A DNA stretch of 64,000 nucleotides, taken from positions 1,664,001-1,728,000 of the forward strand of contig CAVUAK010000001.1 in the NCBI GenBank assembly GCA_963739455.1, read 5' to 3'. Position 1 is the stretch's first letter; each line of letters begins with the position of its first letter. Shown here piece after piece: positions 55,316-64,000 of the stretch. A program made the translations under genes and the position numbers. The DNA is from an uncultured Gemmatimonadales bacterium (GTDB lineage Bacteria > Gemmatimonadota > Gemmatimonadetes > Gemmatimonadales > GWC2-71-9). Under the pieces are notes generated by a model. The model saw only the letters and a list, made by a program, of their open reading frames with translations, had not been told where the DNA came from and ran no database searches.

Positions 55316-57547
55316 TCAAACCCCCAGATTCATCTTCCGCAGCAGTGCCTTGAATCTCGGCTGTTCCCGCAATGGCGCGAACAGGAACGAGCCCTTGATC
55401 CCGTACATGCCGCCCGCGCGCTCATCGAAGGCTTGCTCCAGGAGGCCGATCGCCGCATCGGTTTCGCCGAGTCCGGTCTGGACGTACGCCAGGTGCACCG
55501 GCGACACATACCTGCTCCGCGAAAGCTCCTCGAGCTTTTGAAGTATCGCCTTGGCCTCGGACACCATTCCCAGCGAAGCGAGCGCCTGACCCAGCTGTGC
55601 GAGGAAGAGGGTCTCACCTGGTGAGATCGCCACCGCCTTCCGCAGGGCTGCGATACCAGGGTCGTTCATCCCCAGCTTGAGGCAGGCCCAGGCAAGGGTC
55701 GCATGCCCCCTCGCAAAATTGGGATCGAATTCGACCACCGTCGCCGCCACCAAGCGGGCTTCCTCGTAGCGCCCGCGACGGAGGAGGAGGGTGGCGCGAT
55801 CGGACCCCCTCACCATCGGATCCAGTTCGCGGGCCCGCTCAAGCAGCGTGAACGCCTCGTCGTAGCGCTCCAGCGCCATGCACAGCTGCCCGTAGAAATC
55901 GCAGGTCGACGCATTGCCCGGATCCAGCTCCAGCGCCCGCTGGAATTCCTGCTCGGCTCCCACCCAGTCGAAGTCGCTCATGAACTTGAGGAGGGCCAGC
56001 ATGCAATGCGCGTCCGCGAGCCCGCTATCGAGTTCCAGGGCCTTCGCGACCGCGACCTTCGCCCGCCGGTAAGCCGTATCCGGCTTGATCGCAGCAGCGC
56101 CGAGGCGCCCCAGTTCAGCGTAAGCCTGCGCGATGCCCGCATAGGCCAGCGCGTAATTGGGGTCGCGCTCGATTGCCTGCTCGAAGAACTCGATGCCCTT
56201 GAGGCTGCCCTCCTCCGTATCCCGGATCAGGCAGTGCCGTCCCCGCAGGTAGAGCTGGTACGCTTCCATGTCGCTCGTCGGCGCCTTCCGTATCCGCGAC
56301 CGCTCCGCAGGATCGAGTTCCGCCTTGAGTGCCGCCGCGATGTGCAGCGCCACGTCGGTCTGGATCGCGAATATGTCGGTCAGCTGGCGGTCATACGTCT
56401 CGGCCCAGAGGTGCTGGTCGGTGGCGACATCGATCAACTGTGCCACGATGCGTACCCGGTCACCCGCCCGGCGGACGCTGCCCTCGAGGATGGTCGTGAC
56501 CTCCAGCATGCCGCCGATGTCGCGCAGGCTCTTCTCCCGGTTCTTGAACTGCATCACGGACGTGCGCGAGATGACCTTGAGCGCCCGGATCTTCGACAGG
56601 TGGGCAATCACGTCCTCCGTGATTCCATCGGCGAAGTACTCGTTCTCCGGGTCGGGGCTGAGGTTGCGGAATGGCAGCACGGCGACCGAGCGCTCCACTC
56701 CCTTGGCCGCCACGCTCATCACGAGCGCCTCGGCGAAGGCGGTCGCCGACGCAAAGCGGTCGGCTGGCGCCTTTGCGAGCGCCTTCACCAGCGCATGCTC
56801 GATGTCGATGGAGACGCCGGTGCGAAGCGGGCGCACGCTCGGCACCGGATCGATGACGTGGCGCGTGATGATCGCCGCCGCCGTAGTGCCGGTGAACGGT
56901 GGCGCGCCGGTGAGCATCTCGTGCAGCACGCACGCGAGGCTGTACACGTCGCTCCGCGCGTCGAGATCGCGCTCTCCAGTCGCCTGCTCGGGACTCATGT
57001 ACTCCGGTGTGCCCACCACCAGCCCGGTCTCGGTGAGGCGCTGCGCCGGCGACGCGCCCGCTGCGAGGGCAATGCCGAAGTCGGCGACCATTGCCTCGCC
57101 TTCGTACAGCAGGATGTTCTCCGGCTTGATGTCGCGGTGAATGACCTGTCGCGCGTGCGCGTGCGACAGGGCCGAGGCCACCTGTCGCGTGATGCGAACG
57201 GCCTCATCGATGGGGAGCTGTGTCTCGCGCCGGAGGCGATGGCGAAGCGATTCACCCTGGACGTACGGCATGACATAGAAGAGGAAGCCTCCGGCTTCCC
57301 CTGAGTCGTGCAGTGCGAGTATGTGCGGATGGTTGAGCTGGGCAGCAATGGCCACTTCCCGGTCGAAGCGGTCCGGGCCGAGCATGGAGGCGAGCTCCGG
57401 ACGGAGCACCTTGAGCGCCACCTGGCGATGATGCTTCAGGTCGTCGGCGAGGTAGACGGTGGCCGCGCCGCCCCGCCCCAGTTCGCGCTCCAGGCTATAG
57501 CGGCCGGCAAGAGCCGCCTGAAGACTCTCGAACTGGCCAGATTGCAT
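55316..57547 (-). CDS. Ser/Thr protein kinase with TolB-N-like and TPR domains
   Basis: LGRGG, VALK, HRDIKPEN, DFG, GTPEYMSPEQ; SVAVLPF.N, YFADGITED, EGSVR; TPR repeats. Confidence 0.95.
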   Translation of the reverse strand: MQSGQFESLQAALAGRYSLERELGRGGAATVYLADDLKHHRQVALKVLRPELASMLGPDRFDREVAIAAQLNHPHILALHDSGEAGGFLFYVMPYVQGESLRHRLRRETQLPIDEAVRITRQVASALSHAHARQVIHRDIKPENILLYEGEAMVADFGIALAAGASPAQRLTETGLVVGTPEYMSPEQATGERDLDARSDVYSLACVLHEMLTGAPPFTGTTAAAIITRHVIDPVPSVRPLRTGVSIDIEHALVKALAKAPADRFASATAFAEALVMSVAAKGVERSVAVLPFRNLSPDPENEYFADGITEDVIAHLSKIRALKVISRTSVMQFKNREKSLRDIGGMLEVTTILEGSVRRAGDRVRIVAQLIDVATDQHLWAETYDRQLTDIFAIQTDVALHIAAALKAELDPAERSRIRKAPTSDMEAYQLYLRGRHCLIRDTEEGSLKGIEFFEQAIERDPNYALAYAGIAQAYAELGRLGAAAIKPDTAYRRAKVAVAKALELDSGLADAHCMLALLKFMSDFDWVGAEQEFQRALELDPGNASTCDFYGQLCMALERYDEAFTLLERARELDPMVRGSDRATLLLRRGRYEEARLVAATVVEFDPNFARGHATLAWACLKLGMNDPGIAALRKAVAISPGETLFLAQLGQALASLGMVSEAKAILQKLEELSRSRYVSPVHLAYVQTGLGETDAAIGLLEQAFDERAGGMYGIKGSFLFAPLREQPRFKALLRKMNLGV

Positions 57548-57550
57548 GCC

Positions 57551-59845
57551 CTAGCCTACCGTCTTCACCGGCGCCCGGTCTTCCGGCTTTGTGAGCTGGT
57601 CACCCACCGGCAAGCTCCTGATCCGTCGCCCCGTGGCAGCGAAGATTGCGTTGCTGAGGGCAGGGGCCACCGGCGGAACGCCCGGCTCGCCGATGCCGCC
57701 GGGCTTCCCCTCGGACTGGACGAGGTGCACCCGGATGTCGCGCGGTGCCACGTTCATCCGCGTCACTCGATAATTGTTGAAGTTCGTTTGCACCGGCCGA
57801 CCCTCACGGAAGGTGATCTCGCCATACAGTGCGTTGCTGAGGCCCATGATGGTGGCGCCCTCGAACTGCGCCCTCACTCGATCCGGGTTGGCGATGAGTC
57901 CGCCATCGGCGGCCACATCGACCCGTGGGATGGACAGGCTGCCGTCAGGCTTCGACTCCACCTCGATCACCATCGCCACGTAGCTCAGGAAGCTTCGATG
58001 CACCGCAAGGCCGCGCCCTCGTCCCGCCGGCAACGGCTGCCCCCAGCCCGCCTCGTTCGTCACCAGGTCCACTACCCGCCGAAGCCGCCCGGTGTCGAGC
58101 GGATGTGTCTCGAAGCTGTCGCCGTAGTTCCACGGCTTTCCGGTGAGCCCCGCCTTGCTCATGTCCACGATGCGGTCGGGGCCCAGCAGCTCCAGCAGGA
58201 ACTCGCGCGGGTCCCTTCCCGCGGCATGTGCCAGTTCGTCAATGAACGATCCGATGGCGAAGGCATGCGGGATGTTGATCACCGAACGGTACCAGCCGAT
58301 ACGGGCGTGGGCCGGCGCCGGTCCCATCTCCGCCTGGTAGTTGGGTACCGCATAGGGAAAGTCCGTCATTCCCTGGCCCACTTCCCACTCGGCCTGGTAG
58401 AGCACGTCGGGTGCGAACAGCGTACCGATCGATGGCAGCGCCGATCGCTGCAGCCACGACGTCACCCGGCCGTTGGCGTCGATACCACCCTCCAGGTGCT
58501 CCGCAGCCACCGTATGATAGAAGTCGTGCTGGATGTCATCTTCCCGCGTCCAGACGACCTTCACCGGTGCGCCCATTTCCTTCGCCAGTAGCGCGGCCTC
58601 GACGACATAATCGGGCTTCGACTTCCGTCCGAAGCCGCCACCCAGCAGCGTTACATACGACGTCACGTTCTCCACCGGAATGCCCAGCGCCTTGGCTACC
58701 GTCTCGCGCGTCGCCCCCGGATTCTGGGTGCAGGACCAGGTGTCGCAGCGGCCATCCTCGAACACGGCAAGCGCGGCGGGCGGCTCCATCGAGGCGTGGG
58801 CCAGGTGCGGCAGGTAGTAGTCAGCGGCGATGCGTGTCCGGGCTGTACCGAGCGCGCGGCCGGTGTTTCCCTGGGCGCGTACCACCTTGCCAGGCTTGCG
58901 AACTGCCTTCTCCAACTGCACGCGATACTGTTCCGAGTCGTAGCTCTCATTGGGCCCGTCGGCCCACGTGATCTTGAGCTTCCGCCGCCCCTGCATTGCT
59001 GCCCAGGTGTTCGTCGCCACCACCGCCACGCCACCCAGTGCCTGAAATGCAGTGGGCGGGCTCGCCTCCGGCAGGCGGACGATACGCTCCACGCCCGGCA
59101 CTTTCTCCGCTTCACTCGAGTCGAGTGTCGCCACCTTGCCGCCATACACCGGCGGTCGTGCGACCACGGCGATCTTCATCCCGTCACGCCGGAGATCCTG
59201 CCCGAACATCGCCTTGCCCGTCGTCATGTCGTGCAGGTCCAGGCTCGGCACATCCTTGCCGATGTAGCGGAATTGCGACGCGTGCTTGAGCTTGAGGGAT
59301 GCAACGGCTGGAATCGGCAGGGTGGAAGCGGTTGCCACCAGCTTGCCGAAGGGCAACGAGCGCCGGCTGGCCGAGTGGATGACGCGCCCGTTCTGCGCCT
59401 CGACTTCCGCTGCTGGTACACCCCACTCCTGGGCGGCCGCTGCCTCCAGCAGCGCGCGCACGGTGGCGCCAGCTTCCCGGTACTTCGGCAGGAAGTCGCG
59501 GATGCTGGTCGACCCGTCGGTGTTCTGCGATCCGTACTTCTTCTCGTCGCCCGGCGCCTGGACGATCGTCACGTCCTTCCAGTCGGCCTCCATCTCGTCG
59601 GCCACGATCATCGCCAGCGTCGTCCGGATGCCCTGGCCCATTTCGGAACGGGGACAGACGATGGTCACCGTGCCCGATGGGTCGAGCCGCACGTACACCA
59701 CCGGCTCGAACGGATCACCCGCCGGTGCGGTCGGGTTCCGTGCCTCTTCACTGAGGCGCCGGCACCCGGTACCGGTGATCGCAATGACGAGGCTGCCGAG
59801 CGCGGCCGCCCTCACGAAATCGCGGCGGGGCAGCAACTCGCTCAT
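57551..59845 (-). CDS. Xanthine dehydrogenase family molybdopterin-binding subunit (IorB-like), Tat signal
   Basis: [50 protein letters not shown]. Confidence 0.93.
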   Translation of the reverse strand: MSELLPRRDFVRAAALGSLVIAITGTGCRRLSEEARNPTAPAGDPFEPVVYVRLDPSGTVTIVCPRSEMGQGIRTTLAMIVADEMEADWKDVTIVQAPGDEKKYGSQNTDGSTSIRDFLPKYREAGATVRALLEAAAAQEWGVPAAEVEAQNGRVIHSASRRSLPFGKLVATASTLPIPAVASLKLKHASQFRYIGKDVPSLDLHDMTTGKAMFGQDLRRDGMKIAVVARPPVYGGKVATLDSSEAEKVPGVERIVRLPEASPPTAFQALGGVAVVATNTWAAMQGRRKLKITWADGPNESYDSEQYRVQLEKAVRKPGKVVRAQGNTGRALGTARTRIAADYYLPHLAHASMEPPAALAVFEDGRCDTWSCTQNPGATRETVAKALGIPVENVTSYVTLLGGGFGRKSKPDYVVEAALLAKEMGAPVKVVWTREDDIQHDFYHTVAAEHLEGGIDANGRVTSWLQRSALPSIGTLFAPDVLYQAEWEVGQGMTDFPYAVPNYQAEMGPAPAHARIGWYRSVINIPHAFAIGSFIDELAHAAGRDPREFLLELLGPDRIVDMSKAGLTGKPWNYGDSFETHPLDTGRLRRVVDLVTNEAGWGQPLPAGRGRGLAVHRSFLSYVAMVIEVESKPDGSLSIPRVDVAADGGLIANPDRVRAQFEGATIMGLSNALYGEITFREGRPVQTNFNNYRVTRMNVAPRDIRVHLVQSEGKPGGIGEPGVPPVAPALSNAIFAATGRRIRSLPVGDQLTKPEDRAPVKTVG

Positions 59846-60297
59846 GACGTGCCACCCTTTGCTGCAGCGTGAATGGCGGAACGGATCCGCACATAGGTGC
59901 CGCAGCGGCAGATGTTCCCCTGCATGGCAGTATCGATTTCGTCGTCAGTCGGGTGGGGTGTGGACTCGAGAAGGGCTACCGCCTGCATGATCTGGCCGCT
60001 CTGGCAGTAACCGCACTGCGGGACGTTGGCGGCGCGCCACGCCACCTGGACGGGGTGGTTGCCGTTCGCGTCAAGGCCCTCGATAGTGACGATATGCTTG
60101 CCCTCGAGCACCTGCATCGGCGTCGAGCACGAGCGGACGGCCGTGCCCTCGAGGTGCACGGTGCAGGCCCCGCACGCACCGATGCCGCACCCGAACTTGG
60201 TGCCAGTGAGTCCGAGTTCGTCGCGAAGGTACCACAGGAGGGGCATGGCAACGTCGCCGTCGAAGGTGCGGCGTTCGCCATTGATGAACAGTTGCAT
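59842..60297 (-). CDS. (2Fe-2S)-binding subunit (IorA-like)
   Basis: [40 protein letters not shown] overlap with the large subunit. Confidence 0.95.
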   Translation of the reverse strand: MQLFINGERRTFDGDVAMPLLWYLRDELGLTGTKFGCGIGACGACTVHLEGTAVRSCSTPMQVLEGKHIVTIEGLDANGNHPVQVAWRAANVPQCGYCQSGQIMQAVALLESTPHPTDDEIDTAMQGNICRCGTYVRIRSAIHAAAKGGTS

Positions 60298-60305
60298 GCG
60301 GAATC

Positions 60306-60339
60306 TCCAGCCGGGTTGTCACGTTGCCACCCGGCTGGA
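60306..60339 (-). terminator. Hairpin between the HhH gene and iorA, overlapping the iorA RBS
   Basis: TCCAGCCGGGT (60306-60316) / ACCCGGCTGGA (60329-60339); no U-tract. Confidence 0.5.
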
Positions 60340-60364
60340 AGATATCCGCCTTACAGCATGCAGG

Positions 60365-60733
60365 TCAGTAGCCGCTGCCGACCGTCAACTGGGACTTGGT
60401 CGCACCCAGCACATCCTTTGGCAGGACGTTCGACAGCTGGTCAATCGACTTGTACGGCCGGCCCTTGATGATCTTGTCGGCGTAGGGCTTGAGGCCCGGG
60501 ATCGACTCGAGCTGGGCCTGCGTGGCGGTATTCACGTCCACGCTCGCGAGCTGCCCCGCCTTCTTCATTGCGGTGTCGCTCATGGCGCCCTGCTTCATCG
60601 CGCTATCGCCCATCGCGCCGCCGTGCTTCATGGCGCTGTCCGCCTTGGGTGGGGTCGCTGGAACAGTCTGGGCCGAAGCCACGGCCGCGCCGCCAAGCAT
60701 CATCAGTGCAGCGGCGATCATTACCTTGCGCAT
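60365..60733 (-). CDS. Secreted helix-hairpin-helix (ComEA-like) protein with Met-rich repeats
   Basis: Signal peptide; DSAMK repeats; VDVNTATQAQLESIPGL.PYADKIIKGRPYKSIDQL. Confidence 0.88.
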   Translation of the reverse strand: MRKVMIAAALMMLGGAAVASAQTVPATPPKADSAMKHGGAMGDSAMKQGAMSDTAMKKAGQLASVDVNTATQAQLESIPGLKPYADKIIKGRPYKSIDQLSNVLPKDVLGATKSQLTVGSGY

Positions 60734-60770
60734 GTTTCTCTCCTCGGCGCAGCGCGCCGATTGGTGTCAA

Positions 60771-60816
60771 AGAAAAAAGGCGCATGCCGGACCCGATGGG
60801 TCCTGGAATACGCCTT
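60771..60816 (-). terminator. Intrinsic terminator in the 5' region of the HhH gene
   Basis: Minus strand AAGGCGTAT-TCCAGGACCC-ATC-GGGTCCGGC-ATGCGCCTT followed by TTTTCTTT. Confidence 0.75.
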
Positions 60817-61094
60817 CACGATCGGAGGCAGCTTCCCCCCGGCAGTAAGGTGGCGCGAGTTGTGTCCTCGAGCCGCACTCAGTCTACACACCCGCAACTC
60901 CAGGCGCAGTGACTGTCATCACAAGCACCTGCACTAGTCAGGTCAACTCAACTCATCCACTATCTACTCCACCGCGGACGGGATGATTCGGGGCTGGCCC
61001 CGGCGGTCCGGGACGGCAATCTTCTGGCTCCATCTTCATCGCTCCACCTCGGGAGATCAGTCGTGATCAAGGAGACTCAACTCTGCTGACCGTC

Positions 61095-64000
61095 ATGCGC
61101 GGTCCTCGAGCCCGCATGGTGGCGCGCTGGACGGCGGTGACCTGCGCAGCCATCGGCGGTCTGGTGACGCTGGGCTGGGTGTTGGGCGTCGTCGAGCTGG
61201 TGAGTGTCGTCGAGGGCTACCCGCCGGTGCACATGAACGCCGCGGTGGCGCTGCTCGCCGCGGGTGCAGGTGTGTACGGAATCGCGGAGGCCCGCCGGGG
61301 CTGGATCCTGCTCGGGGCGCTCGTCACCCTCCTTGTCGGCGGGGTGACCCTGTTCCAGTACATGGCCGGCGTCGACCTCGGCGTCGACCGGCTGCTCCTG
61401 TCTGATCCCTCCGCGTTCGAGATTCGCCCCGAGTACTCCGGGCGCATGGCTGCCTCCACCGCGCTGGGGTTTGTGCTCGTCGGTGCAGCATTCCTGACGC
61501 TCCTGTATGCGCGAGCCGAGGATGCGGCGCGCAGTATCATCGGGACGGTTGGCCTCACCTTGCTCGCCCTGTCCGTCGTCACGCTCCTCTCGTACAGCAC
61601 CGGCGTCCTCAGCGACCTGCGATTCGGTGCGGTGACCGGCGTCGCCATCCCCAGCGCGGTGGCGTTTCTGGGGATCGGTGCGACCCTGGTCGCGTTTGCG
61701 TGGGAGCGGAACCGACCGGCACTGCTGCCGGCCTGGGTGCCGCTGGCAGCGGGCGTGGCGACGCTCTGCACCACGCTTGTCGTGACCCGTGCGGTCACGA
61801 GCCAGGAGGAGATGCGCGGGCGCCGCCAGGTGCAGGCCATCGCAGGGACGGCCAGCGCCGAGATCTCCGCCGAACTGCAGACGACGCTCAAGCTCGTCGC
61901 ACGAGTCGCAGCATTTTCAGCCGACCAGGATCCCGTGATCCGGTCGGACTGGGCGACTGCCATGCTCAGGGTGATGGAAGACAATCACGACATCAAGCGC
62001 ATCGTCTGGCTCGACTCGGCGTGGGCTCAGCGGGCCGCCGTCGGCGTGGACGCGGCCCCGGTGGACTCAGCCACCCTGCTGCGGCTGCTCGGCGACGAGG
62101 CCTCGCGCGGTGCCGCCGGTGGGCGCGCGCCGGTTGGCATCGTGGAGGTGGCCGGCCGCGGCCCCGGCACCATGCTGCTCGCTGGGGCGCCGGCCTGCAA
62201 CGACGACCGGTGTCAGGGCGTCATGCTTGTCTTCGTCGATGGAGCCCGACTCGCCGGCGAGGCGCTGACGCTCTACCCCAAGGAATACGGTGTTCGCGTG
62301 CGCGGCCTGGCGCGCGACCTGTACCGCACCGACACACCCCAGACGGGTGTCGCCTGGTTCGCGACAGATACGGTGCATGTGGGTGGACTTCGCTGGAGTG
62401 TCAGCGCCTGGCCGACCAGTTCGGTGCAGGGGCTCTATCGCTCCGACCTGCGCGAGGTCATTGCCGTCCTTGGCGTCATCGTTGCCGTCCTCGTAAGCCT
62501 TCTCCTGCGCCTGCTGCACTTCACCCAGGCCGCTGCACGCACCGTGGAGCGGGAACGACTGCAGCAGGCCCTCGACAGTTCGACCGACGGGCTATGGGAA
62601 CAGGATCTCGACACCGGCGAGTCGCACCGGAGTGAGGGCGTCTGGCGCGGTCTGGGGTATGACCCCCATACGCTTACGCCACGAGGCGCCACTGCAGTCT
62701 GGAACAGCCTCGTCCACCCGGAGGACCGTGCCCGTGTGCAACGCGCACTCGAGGAGCATCTTGCCGGACGCACCGAGACCCTCGATGTCGAGGCCCGCCT
62801 GCAGGCCAGGGATGGGGAGTGGCACTGGATCGTCGAGCGGGGCCGCGTCGTGGAACGTGCACCCGACGGCCGACCCATCCGCATGCTGGGCGCCATTGCC
62901 GACGTCACCGAGCGCAAGCATGCGGTGCAGGCGCTGGCGGCGAGCGAGCGGCGCTTCCGGGCCATGTTCGACGGCGGCGTGCAGCTCAAGACGCTGCTCG
63001 ACCTCGACTGCACCTGTCTCGAGGCCAACCGGGTCGCCCTCGATTTCGCGGGCATCTCGCTCGCCGAGATGCGTGGCAAGGTCATCTGGGAGACGCCATC
63101 CTGGGCCGGCTCGCCGGTGCGGGTCGAGCGGCTCCGGAAGGCCTGTGACGAGGCCAAGCTGGGGAAGATTGTGCAGTACCAGGAAGAGCTGGACGGCCCC
63201 GACGGTCGCCGGGCCACGATCGAGTTTTCCATCAAGCCCATCCTGGGCGACGAGGGCCAGGTCATCCAGCTCCTCGCCGAGGGTCGCGATGTCACCGAAC
63301 GGAAGCAGGTGGAGGCGACGTTGAGGGAACTGGAGTCGATCTCCACCATGGGGCGCCTCGCCGCCAAGGTGGCGCACGAGATCAACAACCCGCTGGCGGG
63401 TATCCAGAACTCGTTCCTGCTCGTCAAGGACGCGATCCCGGAAACGCATCCGTACTTCCGGTACGTCGGCGCCATCGAGCGCGAGATCGGGCGCATTGCC
63501 GGCATCACCCGCCAGCTGTACGAGACGTACCGGCCCGAGCCCGAAGCGTCGAATGCCTCGATCGGGACCATCATCGCCGACGCGGTCGCCATGATCCAGC
63601 AGATCAACCGCAGCTCCAGCGTCACCGTCGAGGTCGACACCACCGGCTCGCCCGGAATCGTGGGCGTGCCCGCCGGCCTGTTGCGCCAGGCCATTTACAA
63701 CCTGGTACAGAACGCCATCGATGCGTCACCAGAGCATGGCCGCGTGCAGGTGCGGGCCTGGCAGGAGAACCAGTCGTTCCTCCTGTCGGTCAGCGACCGC
63801 GGCCCCGGCGTTCCCGCGGCCCAGCGAGAACTCATTTTCGAGCCGTTCACGACGTCGAAGACCGGCGTCAGCAACAGCGGCATGGGACTGGGCCTCGCCC
63901 TCGTCCGCCGTTCGGTGCTGGCGCTCGGTGGAACGATCAAGGTCACCGACGCCGAGGGTGGCGGCGCGGTGTTTACGATATGCGTGCCCCTCAAGCCGGC
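61095..64000 (+). CDS. Membrane-bound multi-PAS sensor histidine kinase (3' end beyond window; absent from the ORF track)
   Basis: Same frame from ATG 61095 to the end: TM block (MNAAV, GRMAASTA), PAS (DGLWE, VHPED, DVTERK) x2, AHEINNPL, NLVQNAIDA, DRGPG, FEPF, GMGLGL. Confidence 0.92.
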   Translation, partial: MRGPRARMVARWTAVTCAAIGGLVTLGWVLGVVELVSVVEGYPPVHMNAAVALLAAGAGVYGIAEARRGWILLGALVTLLVGGVTLFQYMAGVDLGVDRLLLSDPSAFEIRPEYSGRMAASTALGFVLVGAAFLTLLYARAEDAARSIIGTVGLTLLALSVVTLLSYSTGVLSDLRFGAVTGVAIPSAVAFLGIGATLVAFAWERNRPALLPAWVPLAAGVATLCTTLVVTRAVTSQEEMRGRRQVQAIAGTASAEISAELQTTLKLVARVAAFSADQDPVIRSDWATAMLRVMEDNHDIKRIVWLDSAWAQRAAVGVDAAPVDSATLLRLLGDEASRGAAGGRAPVGIVEVAGRGPGTMLLAGAPACNDDRCQGVMLVFVDGARLAGEALTLYPKEYGVRVRGLARDLYRTDTPQTGVAWFATDTVHVGGLRWSVSAWPTSSVQGLYRSDLREVIAVLGVIVAVLVSLLLRLLHFTQAAARTVERERLQQALDSSTDGLWEQDLDTGESHRSEGVWRGLGYDPHTLTPRGATAVWNSLVHPEDRARVQRALEEHLAGRTETLDVEARLQARDGEWHWIVERGRVVERAPDGRPIRMLGAIADVTERKHAVQALAASERRFRAMFDGGVQLKTLLDLDCTCLEANRVALDFAGISLAEMRGKVIWETPSWAGSPVRVERLRKACDEAKLGKIVQYQEELDGPDGRRATIEFSIKPILGDEGQVIQLLAEGRDVTERKQVEATLRELESISTMGRLAAKVAHEINNPLAGIQNSFLLVKDAIPETHPYFRYVGAIEREIGRIAGITRQLYETYRPEPEASNASIGTIIADAVAMIQQINRSSSVTVEVDTTGSPGIVGVPAGLLRQAIYNLVQNAIDASPEHGRVQVRAWQENQSFLLSVSDRGPGVPAAQRELIFEPFTTSKTGVSNSGMGLGLALVRRSVLALGGTIKVTDAEGGGAVFTICVPLKP

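Noticed and set aside
60298..60364. Moco riboswitch upstream of iorA
   Set aside because: Only 67 nt with a single hairpin; too short and lacks the motif.

Overview
High-GC bacterial chromosomal DNA. Gene content suggests Gemmatimonadota (Ser/Thr kinase-TolB-TPR protein, heptamer intergenic repeats, NtrC/kinase pair beside a Wzc locus), but this is inference only. Contents in order: 5' part of a wzc-like EPS gene; a divergent sigma54 response regulator, histidine kinase and wecB; a NYN/LOTUS RNase gene and mpg; a minus-strand housekeeping block (rho, ruvX, mltG, aroH, rlmI-like, GT-C glycosyltransferase, tdh, kbl) with thiE inverted inside it; a cold-shock gene; a ~15 kb accessory-looking block ending at tRNA-Arg(CCG); CHAD, phosphodiesterase, VTT and redoxin genes; kdpFABCDE with an extra upstream micropeptide; a MoxR/DUF58/Bat operon; an HExxH protein; a kinase downstream of iorAB; an HhH protein; and a PAS histidine kinase running off the end. 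Many genes are broken by frameshifts, almost all single-base insertions and probably sequencing artefacts. The best candidate for an undescribed system is the five-gene secreted cluster at 23060-29820 (outer-membrane barrel + two paralogous beta-rich exported proteins + two paralogous ~750-aa proteins with 26-aa Gly/Tyr repeats). It is preceded by a barrel/His-bundle fusion gene. No CRISPR array, integrase or transposase was seen. All family assignments come from motif recognition by eye; no searches were run.
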